Source: Octopus vulgaris (lineage: Eukaryota). From it: DNA of 64,000 nucleotides. The notes under the pieces were generated by a model that saw nothing but the letters and a program-made list of their open reading frames with translations, did not search any database and had not been told where the DNA came from. The translations under genes and the position numbers were made by a program. Of this stretch, positions 23,477-36,390 are shown in pieces (position 1 is the stretch's first letter; each line of letters opens with the position of its first letter). The stretch covers positions 46,624,001 to 46,688,000 of the forward strand of contig OX597816.1 of assembly GCA_951406725.2 (NCBI GenBank), read 5' to 3'.

Positions 23477-26400
23477 TATTATTATTATTGCTGCAGTGAG
23501 CTGGTAGAATTGTTAGTATGCCGGGTGGCAGCATTTTGTCCATCTCTACATTTTGAGGTCACGTCTGTCTTTCATCCTTTCAGGGTCGATAAAATAAGTA
23601 CCAGTTGAACACTGAGGACAATGTAATTGACTTACTCCCACCCCTGAAATTGCTGGCCTTATGCCAAATTGTTAAACCATTATTATTATTATTACTTACA
23701 CTATATATTTTCTGAAAAGTTTGAGCAAACTTTGGTAAGTGCCATGCACTTGAGTCACTTTTGTGGTTTCAGTTTATTAACCCTGTCATGTAGTGTTCCT
23801 GTTATGGCAGAAATAGATTAAATGTCATTCCTGCCAGATTCCCGCTAAAAGTAGTAACGAACAACATTCATAGAAAAAGAAAATAAAAATCAGGCACCTG
23901 ATCATGTTTGTTGTCAGGTGTGTCTATGACTCATTGTTAATGGTGTCCCCCCGTAGCTGTAGTTTATATCTGTTTTTAATTGGAAAAAAAAAAAAAAAAC
24001 GATTTTGCAATGAAGCAAGTATATGATTAACCCAACATTTCATCTGGATGAAGACTTTACACTGGCAATGAGAGCAGTTTGGACAATCAGACTGGTGAAA
24101 GTGATGAGGAAAATAGCAATTTAAGTGGACAGATACAGCAGTTGAGATAGTCCTGTAATTGTTATTCTCCTGAATTGCTAACCTAATGAGAGTGGTTGCT
24201 AGAAGCACAGTAGTTGAAAACAGGATGCGTCGTAGGACAGATGAACCCAGCATTGGGTAAGTAGCTATTTAGCTATTGTGCATAAGGACATAGAAACCCT
24301 CATTCAGAATTCAGTATATGTTTCAGAGTCTAGCAGCTATTAGTAGATCTAGCCTCTACATCTCTCCCATAGCTAACTGGAATAAAAGCTGTTGTTGTTG
24401 TCATGTATAGTCTGGGTGATACAGCTTGACAATTTCCCATTTACAAGAATATATTTGACTTCATAAAACCAAAGATCTCTGTTGTAAAACTATCCAAAAA
24501 GCTTCCTCCGAGGAGACTGACAAAACCTGCAAAGTGTACACCCAAATACTTAATAGTTCCTGCACAGACCATGTGACCAGGTTAATGCTGCCTGTCTAGT
24601 CCTGCTTCCCATGGTACATTATCATTACCCCTCTATCCTTTCCTCACTTATTACACTATCTTCCCTATTCTGATCCTTCTATTATTGCCTGTCCATGCTT
24701 TCTACGCCAACCAGACTACCTGTCCTTTCCATTTTAGCCAGATTCTTTCTCCAAATCTTGCACCCTTGAAAATTCTCTCTTGAACACTTTGTACGGATTA
24801 CAAATGTAATCTGTGCAAATTTCAGAAACCCTTTCCCTCTGACTCTTCCCTCACTCCCTTCTTGCAGTCTACTCCTCTTTCTTCCTGTCATCCTGCCTCT
24901 TTTATCTCCCATGGAATTAGTTATATAAATTCTTTCTTGGTTACTGTAAACATAGTTGATAACACCCCACTGTGAATGTACTTACTTACACAGGTACTTC
25001 CTGCTAAAATTCTGACTTTACCATCACCTTTTACTGGAGAGGAGAATTTGTGTAAACCTGCTTTTATCTACTTTGAGGTCCATTTCCTGGAGGAAATTGT
25101 TATTTCTATAAAATTATCCATACTGAACATTATTTTGGTTAGTCTTAAGTAAGCTTGTTCATTTAGCTAAAACATGTCTTTCTCAGGAGCTCTAACACTC
25201 ACTCAAACATACACATATTGTATGTATTAAAGTTGTTGCAACAATGCTAACATTCTATAGACCTAAAAGCAACAGCGACGATAACAAATTAATTAAACAT
25301 GAACTGATTTAATTTGATGCAAGTTTTATCGAATTCAAAAATTGGTGGCAAATATTTTTCTCAAAGTGGGTAACAATGTTCCATCAAATTTTTCCCAACA
25401 TCTGAAAGGAATTTTTGTTGTTAAATTCCAAGTTACTATGCATTATTTAAAGTTTGATACAGCTTATCAAGCACATGTTTGTTAATAAAAATGAATGGCA
25501 ACATTCTGATATCTCTAAAGTCATAGAGGTAACTATTTATTGAGAAAGATGTGCAAAGCGTGTTGTTGTTTATTCACAATTATCATTCTTGTTTGAGATA
25601 GATTTTGTGACATTGCTGTATATTGTAGAAAGTTTTAAAAGCATTCCCTCCATCTATATTTAGTTGCCTGCACTTTTTACTACCTTCCTAACTCTTAAAC
25701 ATAGGGCAAGACCCATCCACCCTTTACAACAAATGAGTTTATTGAAATTGTTTTATAAAATCTGCTCTAGTCAAATTTGTGGCCACACTACAAACTCTGA
25801 CATGGTTATTGATATAAAATTGTGATGATCAGAGTACATTACTTCTGTTTTGCTGTCCTGTCAATATACAAGTATGTTATTTCAGTAACTTCACTGGGCG
25901 CAAGTAGCAGATGATGGTCTTGTTTCTTCATAACGTTGTAGAGTGGGTACCACCAGACTCGTGGTTTGGACCTTGTTGGGCAATTTATTTTGTTGCTTTT
26001 GAGGCATTATATAACCTGTTAAAAAAAAACTCTCTCTTCCTTAGTATTTCAGCTGTTTTAATTAGAAATATCCAAAACTGAGAAATCAATCAGACAACAC
26101 TTTTGTCTGGTCAATAGTTACCTTCTGTAGTCAATTTTAATAATCAGCATATACTTAATCTTTAATTATTTTTCTTTGCATTAAATTTTATTTTGTTTTC
26201 CATTTCCCTCCACATCTTAGTTGAGGAGGTTTTTTCTTGTTCTTTTCCAGTCTTACAATTTACTTGGCTAATTCACTAGTGCTGGTGGTACAAAAAAAGT
26301 ACTCATTGCACTATAAAGTGGTTGACATTATAAAGGTCATCTAACTGTAGAAACCATGCCAAAGCTGATAATGGGGTTCAACACAGCCCTATGGCTTGCC

Positions 26401-27984
26401 AGATCCTGTCAAACCATCCGACCCATTCCAGCATGGAAAATGGACATTAAATAATGATCCTATTTAGCTTTCCTTTACTATATTGATGAGCCATCTTTCC
26501 AAACTGTTATCAACTGAACAGGCCTTCAGTATGGGTACCCAATACTCACCATTTCTTTGTGTATCCCGTCCATACATTGGCAGCTACCTCTCTTATGTAC
26601 GTCAACTTATATCATTATGTTCAGCTTATTTCTCTGCTTTCATTGAGATAGGTAAGAAATGTTTGGTGTTTTTCTTGTGAAAGAAATGTTTTATAGCTGG
26701 ATGGTTTTTATGACATTTGAGAATTTTATAATAAAGACTCGGGTAAATAGAATAAAATAACTTTCATGAGGGAAAATTACAATACTTGCAGTAACAACTT
26801 ATTCACAGTAGAGTTTGTACTGCTGAAGACAGAACTTGAGTTAGCCACTTCTTTCCATGAAAACCACAACATAACACATACATATAAAATACCATCTAGG
26901 GCCAAAAGCTCCACTTATTGTCTTTTGGATATGCTAGTGTTCATTTCTTAAGACTGTGTTACCCTTACCATTTGAAATATATTGACTTATTTGGTACATG
27001 AACATCATACCTCAAACATCTTATATTGGATGCATAAATGCTTAGGGATATGATTGTTGTATTTGGGGTGATGTATTATTATTTCAGTGGCACTTCACAC
27101 CAGTGAAACTGTACTACAAAAATAACTGAAGCTAGCATTCTTGTGAAAGCTCCTTTACCAACTTAAATTACACTTATATATTTGTTTGATATGGACTACT
27201 TCTTATTTGGTTTTACATCAGTAAATTGTTTATCAATATGCTGAACCACTTCAGATACAACAAGCTTTAACTGCCATGCTTGACTATAAGCTTTAAAGAG
27301 TGAGTCAACTTATTGGTATTGACTTGTTTTGGTTGTACACTCATGATATGTATCCTTTGTATGTTCATGAAAACATATATATGTGCAAACAACGTCAGGA
27401 TAGACAATAAACATGCCTGCAGAATATGTTGGTTGAAATTTCAAAGTCTTTAGTCAATTATGCACCACTAATTTAAGCACAGATGTAGAATTGGAGACAT
27501 TGTAAATATGTAATTAAAGGGATGGAGGGGAATGTACTAAATGTTATATGTGGCAACATCTGTGTGGCAAATCAATCATAAATACCATAAAGAAGTATCT
27601 TTGGGTTTGGTTTTGTTTGACCCAGCTAAAGAATGTGTTAAAACCAAATGAAGAAAATCTAATCTCAACTAGCACATGTTACATCATCGATGAAATACAT
27701 TATTTTTACCTTGAGTAGATTGACAGCAGCTGTTGTTTATTAGTCATCAAAATGACCAAAGCTTTCTAAACGGCATTGGGTGTGAAGTTTAGTCCAAAAT
27801 CTATTATTGTAAAGGTGTGGTTACAATGAATTTGCAATAAACTAGACCATTGCCATTCAATAGGTTTGATAAGTCACGATGTGTTGAACTTTTGCATTTC
27901 CTATTCTGAATGCTATTAAACAATAAGTGTATAGAAGAATGTATTACAAACATTAGGGCCTGCTATGCTAACCTTGGATTGTAG

Positions 27985-28327
27985 AGTGCCCCGCTGCTCT
28001 TGAGGAGACCTATTGAGTCAAGTATGTCAACACCAACATCAAAATAAAAATCAGATGGAAATTGTAGTTAAGATACCCGTGCCGGTGACACATAAAAAGC
28101 ACCAACCAATTGTGACCGTTTGCCAGCCTCTTCTGGCCCCTGTGCCGGTGGCACATAAAAAGCACCCACTACACTCACGGAGTGGTTGGCGTTAGGAAGG
28201 GCATCCAGCTGTAGAAACACTGCCAGATCAGACTGGAGCCTTGTGCAGCCTCCTGGCTTTTCAGACCCCAGTCGAACCGTCCAACCCATACTGGCATGGA
28301 AAACGGACGTTAAACGATGATGATGAT
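27985..28327 (+). mobile_element. Family C retroposon, young
   Basis: GGTTGGCGTTAGGAAGGGCATCCAGCTGTAGAAAC body and CATGGAAAACGGACGTTAAAC(GAT)n end. Confidence 0.85.
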
Positions 28328-28359
28328 TACAATATCTATTTTATTTGTAGGAATATTAA

Positions 28360-28780
28360 CCCTTTTCATCCCAGTCCACCTAAAGCTACTCTCGGTTCTA
28401 TGATGCAAACTTCTTGTTTTAACCTTTTTGGTCACAATCCACCTGAAACCAATTCTTGTTCTATGACACAAACTTCCTGTTCTAAAGTGATTTTAATTAA
28501 AAAGATCTGCCATCTAAATTTTGTTAATTTATGTTCCAAATGCCAACTTTATAATTAGTTATTTTACTAAATTCTTCATTGTCAAAATTAATTGCCTCAA
28601 AGACAATGCATTTCAATAGAAATACAATAATGAAACGGTTAAAGTGATCTAAATTAAAACCTTCCGTTAAAATCTTGTGTTAATTTATGTTCCAGATGCC
28701 AGCTATATACTGACAGTTACTTAACTAAATCTGTCATTATTTTCAAAATTAATTGAAATAAAGACAGTGTAACAAGAAAG
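28360..28780. mobile_element. Self-nested pair of TTAA (piggyBac-like) MITEs
   Basis: Outer copy starts TTAA|CCCTTTT. The inner homologous copy 28423-28638 is flanked by TTAA (28419-28422, 28639-28642). The outer body resumes at 28643. Confidence 0.7.
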
Positions 28781-29270
28781 TTGACTTTCTGTTCTTTATT
28801 TTCATAAATAACCAAACTCAGTGTGAAACATTTTATTTTATTAAAAGTTTGAAATGATGTGAATATTTCTCGCTGTTGATCTCTCTCTTTTTTTCTTGAG
28901 CCAACAAGCTCGTTAGACCAAAGTTTACCCCAGTTTCTATCCGGTTTTAATGATTGAGAGTACAAGACCATCCTCTGAACAGGGTCCAGTCTGCCACAGG
29001 CTTAACACCCTGCTGTTGCAGGTATACATTTTCACCCAAAATAGCAAGAAATAAAACACCTTGTTCAAGGTAGCAACATAGCATCCAGTTCTGAAACTGA
29101 ACTCAAAATGTTTCAATTATGGAGCCCAACACCCAAACCATTAGTTTGTACACTTTCCCTTCTCATTGTTTATATATCTTAAATCTTCCTTTCAATGGGA
29201 AGACCAATATCTATACTGAGATAATTATAGTATTTAAAGTGAATTCACTCTCAGAGCTTATAAAGTGTTT

Positions 29271-29310
<40 letters not shown>

Positions 29311-30442
29311 TATGAGGCTTTTTAGTTATCTAATTAAATTATTCAGACTATGAATTTTTCCTTTCCTCTTGGTGTTTTTGTTTTATTGCAACATTAAACC
29401 TAACCACTTATATAATTTCCTTTCATTTTCCAAACCTCTCTCTTATTAATTTTGTATTTCCCATACTTAGCCAGTTTATTGTTTAGTAATTACCTACAAC
29501 ATATTTAACACATTAAAATCTATATTTTTCATACCAAAGTATGAATAATCTGATAGGAATTCAAATTTGATATATTCTAAAATCACAGTGCTTCGAATGA
29601 TTTGGTTACTTGCTAAACTGGACATATTTAAGTAGGTTGACGCTTCAGTTATTGGACTTAAGTCCCAGATTATAAAGCCGGATTCTCTAACCAAGAACTT
29701 GATCAACAATAAATGTATTAGAATTATATGCATGTGTTAATATCTGTATGTGTGCATATGTGTATATATATTTTTGCAATTACATACGCAAAGTGGATAA
29801 TCTCCTATTTTGACATGCATGTGCTGATTGTAAGCAAAATCGTCATCATTCATACAAACTGTCGTTTGTCTGCAGTTCTTCACAAAAACATGTCTGGACT
29901 GTTTATAAGTCATTAGACAAGGGAATTGTTATCTTGCTTGAAAACAAGGGAAGGCTGGCATCAGGCAGGGCATCTGGCCATAGAAAATTCTACTTCAGTG
30001 AAGTCCCATCTGGACCCATGCAAACATGGAAAAATAGACGTTAAAATTATGACGGCACTGATGATGATGATGATGATGATACATCTGGTTCTCAGCCAAT
30101 AACGACAAGATAAACTATGATTACGTGATTTCTGGTAACTAGGACATCATATTATTGACTGAACTATAATGAGAAGTTACTTATTTGGAGAAAGATATAT
30201 ATTCCTTTTTAGACTGTCATAGTCATAAAAGAAAAAAAAGTATGTTTATGTGTATCTATATTTAAGTTTCTCTGTGTTTTCATATTTTCATTAGTTCTAT
30301 GAATTATTTGCTCCCACCCTTGATAAATAAACATCCGTTTCTGTTAATTTAGTGGTGGTGATGTGATTACAATAGTTATAAGAAAAGAATAATAAAGAGA
30401 TGAATTGGTGCAAGGAAACAAAAGTCCCAAGGGTCTTTTTAT

Positions 30443-30490
<48 letters not shown>

Positions 30491-31412
30491 TACATATACA
30501 TACATATATATATTTATTTATATATATATGAGAGAGAGAGAGCGAGCCTTTTGTTTTTTCCAGACAAATATTACATCATTTCCACTTGAACTGTATTTGT
30601 CTCATAAAATATACATTTTTTCCCCTATAAACTATTTGCTTAATATCCCTGAGCACTCATTATTATTATGGCGCCACATAAAAGTATTTTTTTTTTGTTA
30701 AACAACTGATTTTTATATTATTAGTTGCTATTTATTATTTTATTTTATTGTTCTTGTCCAACACTGCATTTTACTAAGTGGCTGATGTCGAATTAGGGTG
30801 GGTTTTCTATACCAACTAAGTAATCATACATTTGATATATTGATAATAGCTTCCAAGACATCATTATTAATCATATTATATAACTCCTAAAGATTTTTTC
30901 TATTTATTTATTCCATTTTATCCCCCTCTCCTAAAAAATGTCTCTCACGCCAAATAATCCTTTCTAATTTTGGCATGAGACCAACAATTTTGAGGGGAGG
31001 GGGAAGTTGATCACATTGACCCGTGTGTTCAACTGTTTTTTTTTTTTGTTTTTTTTTTTATCGGTCCCAAAAGGATGAAAGGTAAAGTCAACTTCTACCT
31101 TTCATCAAACCATTTGAACTCAGTACATAAAGCGCTGGAAGAAACGCTGCCAAGCATTTTGTCTGACATGCTAATGATTCTACCTAATCACTGCCTTTCT
31201 CGCACTAAATCATACTTGCTGGAATTAGAGATGTCTTTGGTAGTTCGTTCAAGTATTCTGTTCTTTACGTTCAGTTTTAATTCTTTTGTGGCTGAGTTTC
31301 AAATACCCTGCTTATGTGTTTCGAAAATAATCATAAATTTGCAGGGATTTAGCAAAGCTACTAGCTTTCATTATGGAAATATTAGTAACATAGCAAAATG
31401 TTTTTAATAGGA

Positions 31413-31790
31413 ACAGGCATGGCTGTGTGGTAAGAAGTCTGCTTCCCAACTACATGGTTCTGGGTTCAGTCCCACTGAATCTTGGACAAGTGTCTTCTAC
31501 TATAGCCCAAAGACCAACCAGAGTAAATTTTGTTAATAGAAACTGTTGAAGCCCATCATATTTATAATTATATTTCTATATGTGTGTGTCTTTGTGTTTG
31601 TTCCCTCTGCCACTGCTTGATAACTGTTGGTTTGTTTACATCCCTATAACTTAATGAGAACAGTAGTATGAGTACCAGATTCAAAAATTAAGTACTGGTG
31701 TTGATTTGTGGACTAAAAAATTTTCAAATTGGTACCCCAGCATCACTGTAGTCCAACAAACAAGTCCAAACAAGTAAAGGATTAAAGATA
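31413..31790 (+). mobile_element. SINE family A, diverged
   Basis: GGCATGGCTGTGTGGTAAG head and GGTTCAGTCCC B-box-like motif; tail AAACAAGTAAAGG. Confidence 0.8.
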
Positions 31791-32436
31791 AAAGGTTATG
31801 TCATTTTTAGAAATATATCACTGAAGGATTAAAGCCAAGTTTATACAGCTGAGCATTTTTTTTTTTTTGAATGACATCCACTTAATCATTAAGTAGGAAT
31901 GATAGTTGTTTTCAGCTTGGATTACTGAAACAATGGAAAAAAAGTAGAAGGTAGATGTTAAGTTCTGGACTGAGGACTTTTCGGTCTGTAATCCAGCCCA
32001 TACCTGCTTTGGAAGGCCCCAAATTTTCTTGCTTGATATTTCATGGTACCATTCTGACAAGGGACATTCACTTTACTTCTTTATCAATTTAGCTTAAAAC
32101 AAGAATCATTGACATTCCGTGGTTAGTTCAACACTTGGGTGGTAAAATGATTGCTCCAAACACTTTGTGTCTTTATAAATTTCAAGTTTTGCCAAACATT
32201 TTCAGACCACTTTTACCATAAAAAAAAAAAAAACATCAGGATGAAATGGATAAAAAAAAAAAAAAAAAAGTGGCAGGGCTTGGTTGAGCTCATTATCATA
32301 CCCATACACTAAATGTACATTTTCAGAATTCAAAATTGGTTGTATATTTCGGGGTGGATGTATTTATATGTCTACATTTGGCACTAATTGATTTGTATTA
32401 TAGTTACTAATGTTTTTTGTTTTTTTTAAATTCCAG

Positions 32437-32561
32437 ACTTGAAAGCTGATATAGATCATCTGTGGAAATGGCTTCAAGGTGTTGAAAATCGTCTTTTACC
32501 ATTGTGCATACGAAGTAGTTGGACTACACCCCAGTTGGAAGAAAAGTTAACTGAACACCAG
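32437..32561 (+). CDS. Internal coding exon of the same spectrin-repeat protein
   Basis: Poly-T tract plus ttccAG acceptor, CAG|GTATTT donor. 125 nt, phase 1 in and phase 0 out: (D)LKADIDHLWKWLQGVENRLLPLCIRSSWTTPQLEEKLTEHQ. Spectrin helix A pattern L..WL..VE..L. Joins exon 7872-8070 in frame (G+AC = Asp). Confidence 0.88.
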
Positions 32562-32747
32562 GTATTTAGAATGTTTTGTTTATGAATCTATTAGTGTTTC
32601 TTTCATATTTATCTATGTTATTCATTAGAGAAAAGAGTTAATTTTATATCGCTATATAAGAATAAGAATAGCTAAATGGCCCCTCCCCCCCAGCTAGATT
32701 AAAGTTCGTATTTTCAATACCCACCAGTGATGTTTCATATCACTTCT

Positions 32748-32925
32748 CTGGTACTTAATTTATCAACCCCTGAAAGGATGAAAGGCAAAGTCGACCAAAT
32801 TCCGCCGAGGTCGACTTTGCCTTTCATCCTTTCGGAATCGATAAATTAAGTACCAGTTACTCACTGGGGTTGATGTAATTGTTTGTCCTCTGTGTTTTAG
32901 CCCCTTGTGGGTAGTAAAGAAATAG
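32748..32925. mobile_element. Head-to-head family B SINE fragments forming a fold-back
   Basis: Arms 32748-32796 and 32809-32856 with a 25-bp perfect core and a 12-nt loop; the plus copy continues to its tail at ~32925. Confidence 0.85.
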
Positions 32926-33816
32926 GTCTCATTTCTCTCCTTGTGAGTAAGTATGACAAGATGGCTTGTGCCATAGTTTCACTAATTGTTTTAGGTGCTT
33001 GTGTAGTCACAGATAGACAAGCCATCTTCCTTTGACCCAACAGAATATCTAGTGTGAGACAACTGGAGGGAGACTGCTCTGTCAGTCTGCTGGTACTCCT
33101 TTTCAGCTGAGTAATATGGGGCAGAGTGAAATTATGTGATTTGCTAAAGGATACTGTGTACTACCAGGTTCAGGAACCCAAACCCATGAACTTATGATTG
33201 TGGGTTGAACACCATAACTATTAGGCCATGCAGCTTCAGGTAACAAGCTTATTTCCACTCCAATAAACATAAACATAGCAGTCAAATGAACCGAAGGAAA
33301 TTAAATTGTAGTGTGCCACCTGCTAAATGGTTTCACCTGCTCAAGACTAGTAACTGAAAAACAAGGTTTTGTCAGTAGACTGAATTAGTAACCTTTGTGT
33401 AGTGATTTACCAACAGTTTGTTGCTTTGCTCAAGGTCAGCCCTGATTGAGCAGATATATGATCAAAAACATTTCAACTATGACTATTTCATCTTATTCGT
33501 CTATTATAAATCTGATTCTGTGTAATCCATTGTAGTTCTAGATATAATTTTTTATAAGACAGTAAGGTAAAATATGAGGGATATTTGGCTGCTATTTCTA
33601 GCAGGTCAAGAGACTATGTAAGGGCTTCCTTATTGGCTCAGCATGGCCAATATGTTGGTTTTGTTGGTGCTGTGGATACTGTTATTGCTGTTGTTCAGTG
33701 GTGGAGTGGTCAGAGATTTAAAACTAGTTGTTTTTCTCTTTTGGGATTTACTTTTATAAAATCCGTTTCTTTTTAGTTTTTTTATTTCTTCTTAATACTT
33801 GTTTTTAAATTCCTAC

Positions 33817-33935
33817 CCCATCTATCTGCCCACCCATCTATCTGCCCACCCATCTATCTGCCCACCCATCTATCTGCCCACCCATCTATCTGCCCTTCCA
33901 TCTATCTACCCTTCCATCTATCTACCCTTCTATCC
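33817..33935. repeat. 16-bp minisatellite (CCCATCTATCTGCCCA)n, ~7 copies
   Basis: Direct reading; decays into (TCTA)n. Confidence 0.9.
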
Positions 33936-35796
33936 ATCTACATATCTATCTACCTCTGTATATCTATCTTTCTTTCATTCTATCTACTTCTGTGTATATC
34001 TATCTATCTATCAAGCAAGCAATCAGCCTGTGTACATTTAGTCTTACTCTTTCTGTATATTACTCTCTTAATCTTTCTTTTCTCTCTCTCTCACATTTGC
34101 CTTTCTTCTTCATCCCCATGTTATTTCTCTCCCTTTATAATTTACATCCTTTCTCTTCTCATCACTTTTCATCTCTCTTCAGCTCCCTCTTTCTATCTAT
34201 TTAGCTCATTCTCCTCTTTCCCCCTTCCCATCTATTTATTTATCATTTTATCTATCCTTCATATTCAAAATACAAAGGTACACTGAACCTCTAAGGTTGG
34301 TTTGTTCTCATGTACCTATGTGTGCCCCTGAAATCTATCAAAACTGTGTCACTCTGTAGGATAGGATCACTTATTTATGTCCTTTCTCTAAACTCTATCC
34401 TCTATTGCACATGACCTGGTCTTGGTCTTCAATTCCTACCTCCCCTCTCCCATTACAAAAGCTCCCATTGTGCCTGTGCCTACAAGCTCCCTTCCTCTAC
34501 TGTTAGGACCACCAACCCTAACACCACTGCCACCACCTTCCCTGCCTTACAGCTGGGAATAGAAGCAATACTCAGCTGGAGTTGAAATTGGCTCTTTTCA
34601 GTTTCATGGTTTTTTTGTTCTTAAATCCATCTAAATGAAAAAGGTAATGTAATTTGTTAAGCATAATAGTATTTAATATCTGGAATAACTTCCATTTATC
34701 AAATTTTTAATGCATTTTTGTGTTTAATTTAAGCATGATTGAAATTTTTTGTCCTGTTTTCTTAAAGGGATTTTTTTTTTGGTTTTTTAAGTGAAGACAT
34801 TAAAAAAATGCTCTTTCACTCACGTGGCTAAAATTCTGTTTGTTAATGGGGTCCTGTCCCATGTAGTTTTCTACTTTGTCTTTCCTGTCATCATCATCAC
34901 CAGCAGAAATCTTAATTATATATAATTGTGTGTTTGTGTGTAAGTATGTGTTTGTATGAGGTTATAGTTTGTTGTTTAGCCAAAAGTCAGCACTGATGGA
35001 AGATTTTTTTTTTCCCTGTATTCAAAGTGTCCAGCATGAGGAGTTGGTTTATTTTGTTTTTTTAGATGATAGGATGTGATTTCAGGAAGCTTTGGCTGCT
35101 ATTTCTAGCACGTTGAATGACCATATACAGGTTCCCTCTTCTTTTAATTGTTTCATTGTGAAACTATTTTATATACACTTCGTGTTTTGTATATTTATTG
35201 AACTTTATATTTTATAATAATCCTTTTTATAATAATACACACCAATTTCATTTATATTGTGATGTTATACTTGACCTTCTGTCTTAATTTTTTTTTTTAT
35301 AAAATAAAATCAAAATTATTTTCCTTCTTGGAGACATATCCATACAGTATATTTTTCTTTCATTTATCGGATTGCTGTCCAACCTGTTCACCCACCCATC
35401 CACAACATGTATACATACTTTTTGTAGTCTATTTTTGCAATGCCTCTCATCAGTCACTCTGGTGGTGGTAAAAGACAGACTAAATGCCTTGTGATGTTAG
35501 TTCTGAGACTGCACCTTTTGAGTTCAAATCTATCAAGGATCAACTTTGCTTTCCATTCCTTGGGTAGATAAAATAAAGGACTAATTAAGTACTGGGGTTG
35601 GTGATGTTAACTTATCCCCTCCCCTCAAAAACCACTAGTCATGTGCCTAAATCAGAAATCATTGAGGTCAACTTTGCTTTCATCCCTCTTGAGGTCAATA
35701 AAATAAATAGTTGGACCCTGAGATTGATATAATCAACTTCCCCTGAAATTGCTGGCCTCATGCCAGAATTTGAAACCATTATCATCATTATTATTG

Positions 35797-36024
35797 AGGA
35801 TGCATGACCTAGTGGTTAGGGTATTCATATACTTGTTTCAGTCATTTGACTGTGGCCATGCTGGTGCACCACCTTTAGTCGAGTAAATCGACCCCAGGAC
35901 TTATTTTTTGTAAGCCTAGTACTTATTCTATCGGTCTCATTTGCCGAACCGCTAAGTTACAGGAACGTAAACACACAAGCATCGGTTGTCAAGCGATGTT
36001 GGGGGGACAAACATATACACACAC

Positions 36025-36077
<53 letters not shown>

Positions 36078-36390
36078 TATATACGATGTGCTTCTTTCAG
36101 TTTCTGTCTACCATATCCACTCACAAGGCTTTCGTTGGCCCGAGGCTAGAGTAGAAGACACTTGCCCAAGGTGCCACACAGTGGGACTGAACCCGGAACC
36201 ATGTGGTTCATAAGCAAGCTACTTACCACGCAGCCACTCCTACACCTCACAAGACCGTGAGATTGTTGTTTCAATTCCTAGACCAGGTGGCGTGTTGTGT
36301 TCTTGTGCAAAACACTTCATCTCATGTTGTTCTGCGATCACTTTGACGTATGGCACACCATGCACTTGTTCATGCAACATCAATTTGACG
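35797..36390 (+). mobile_element. Family E tRNA-head SINE interrupted by a family A SINE
   Basis: Head GGATGCATGACCTAGTGGTTAGGGTATTC (35798-35826) resumes at ~36247 (TCACAAGACCGTGAG..TTCAATTCC). A related copy is at 6757-7020. Confidence 0.65.
35831..36246 (-). mobile_element. SINE family A, near full-length, young
   Basis: High similarity to 52001-52418. Confidence 0.9.

Noticed and set aside
24010-24262. Acidic S/D/E-rich frame and a strong G|GTAAGT donor
   Set aside because: No continuous open frame to the donor and no good acceptor; may be a decayed transposase N-terminus.
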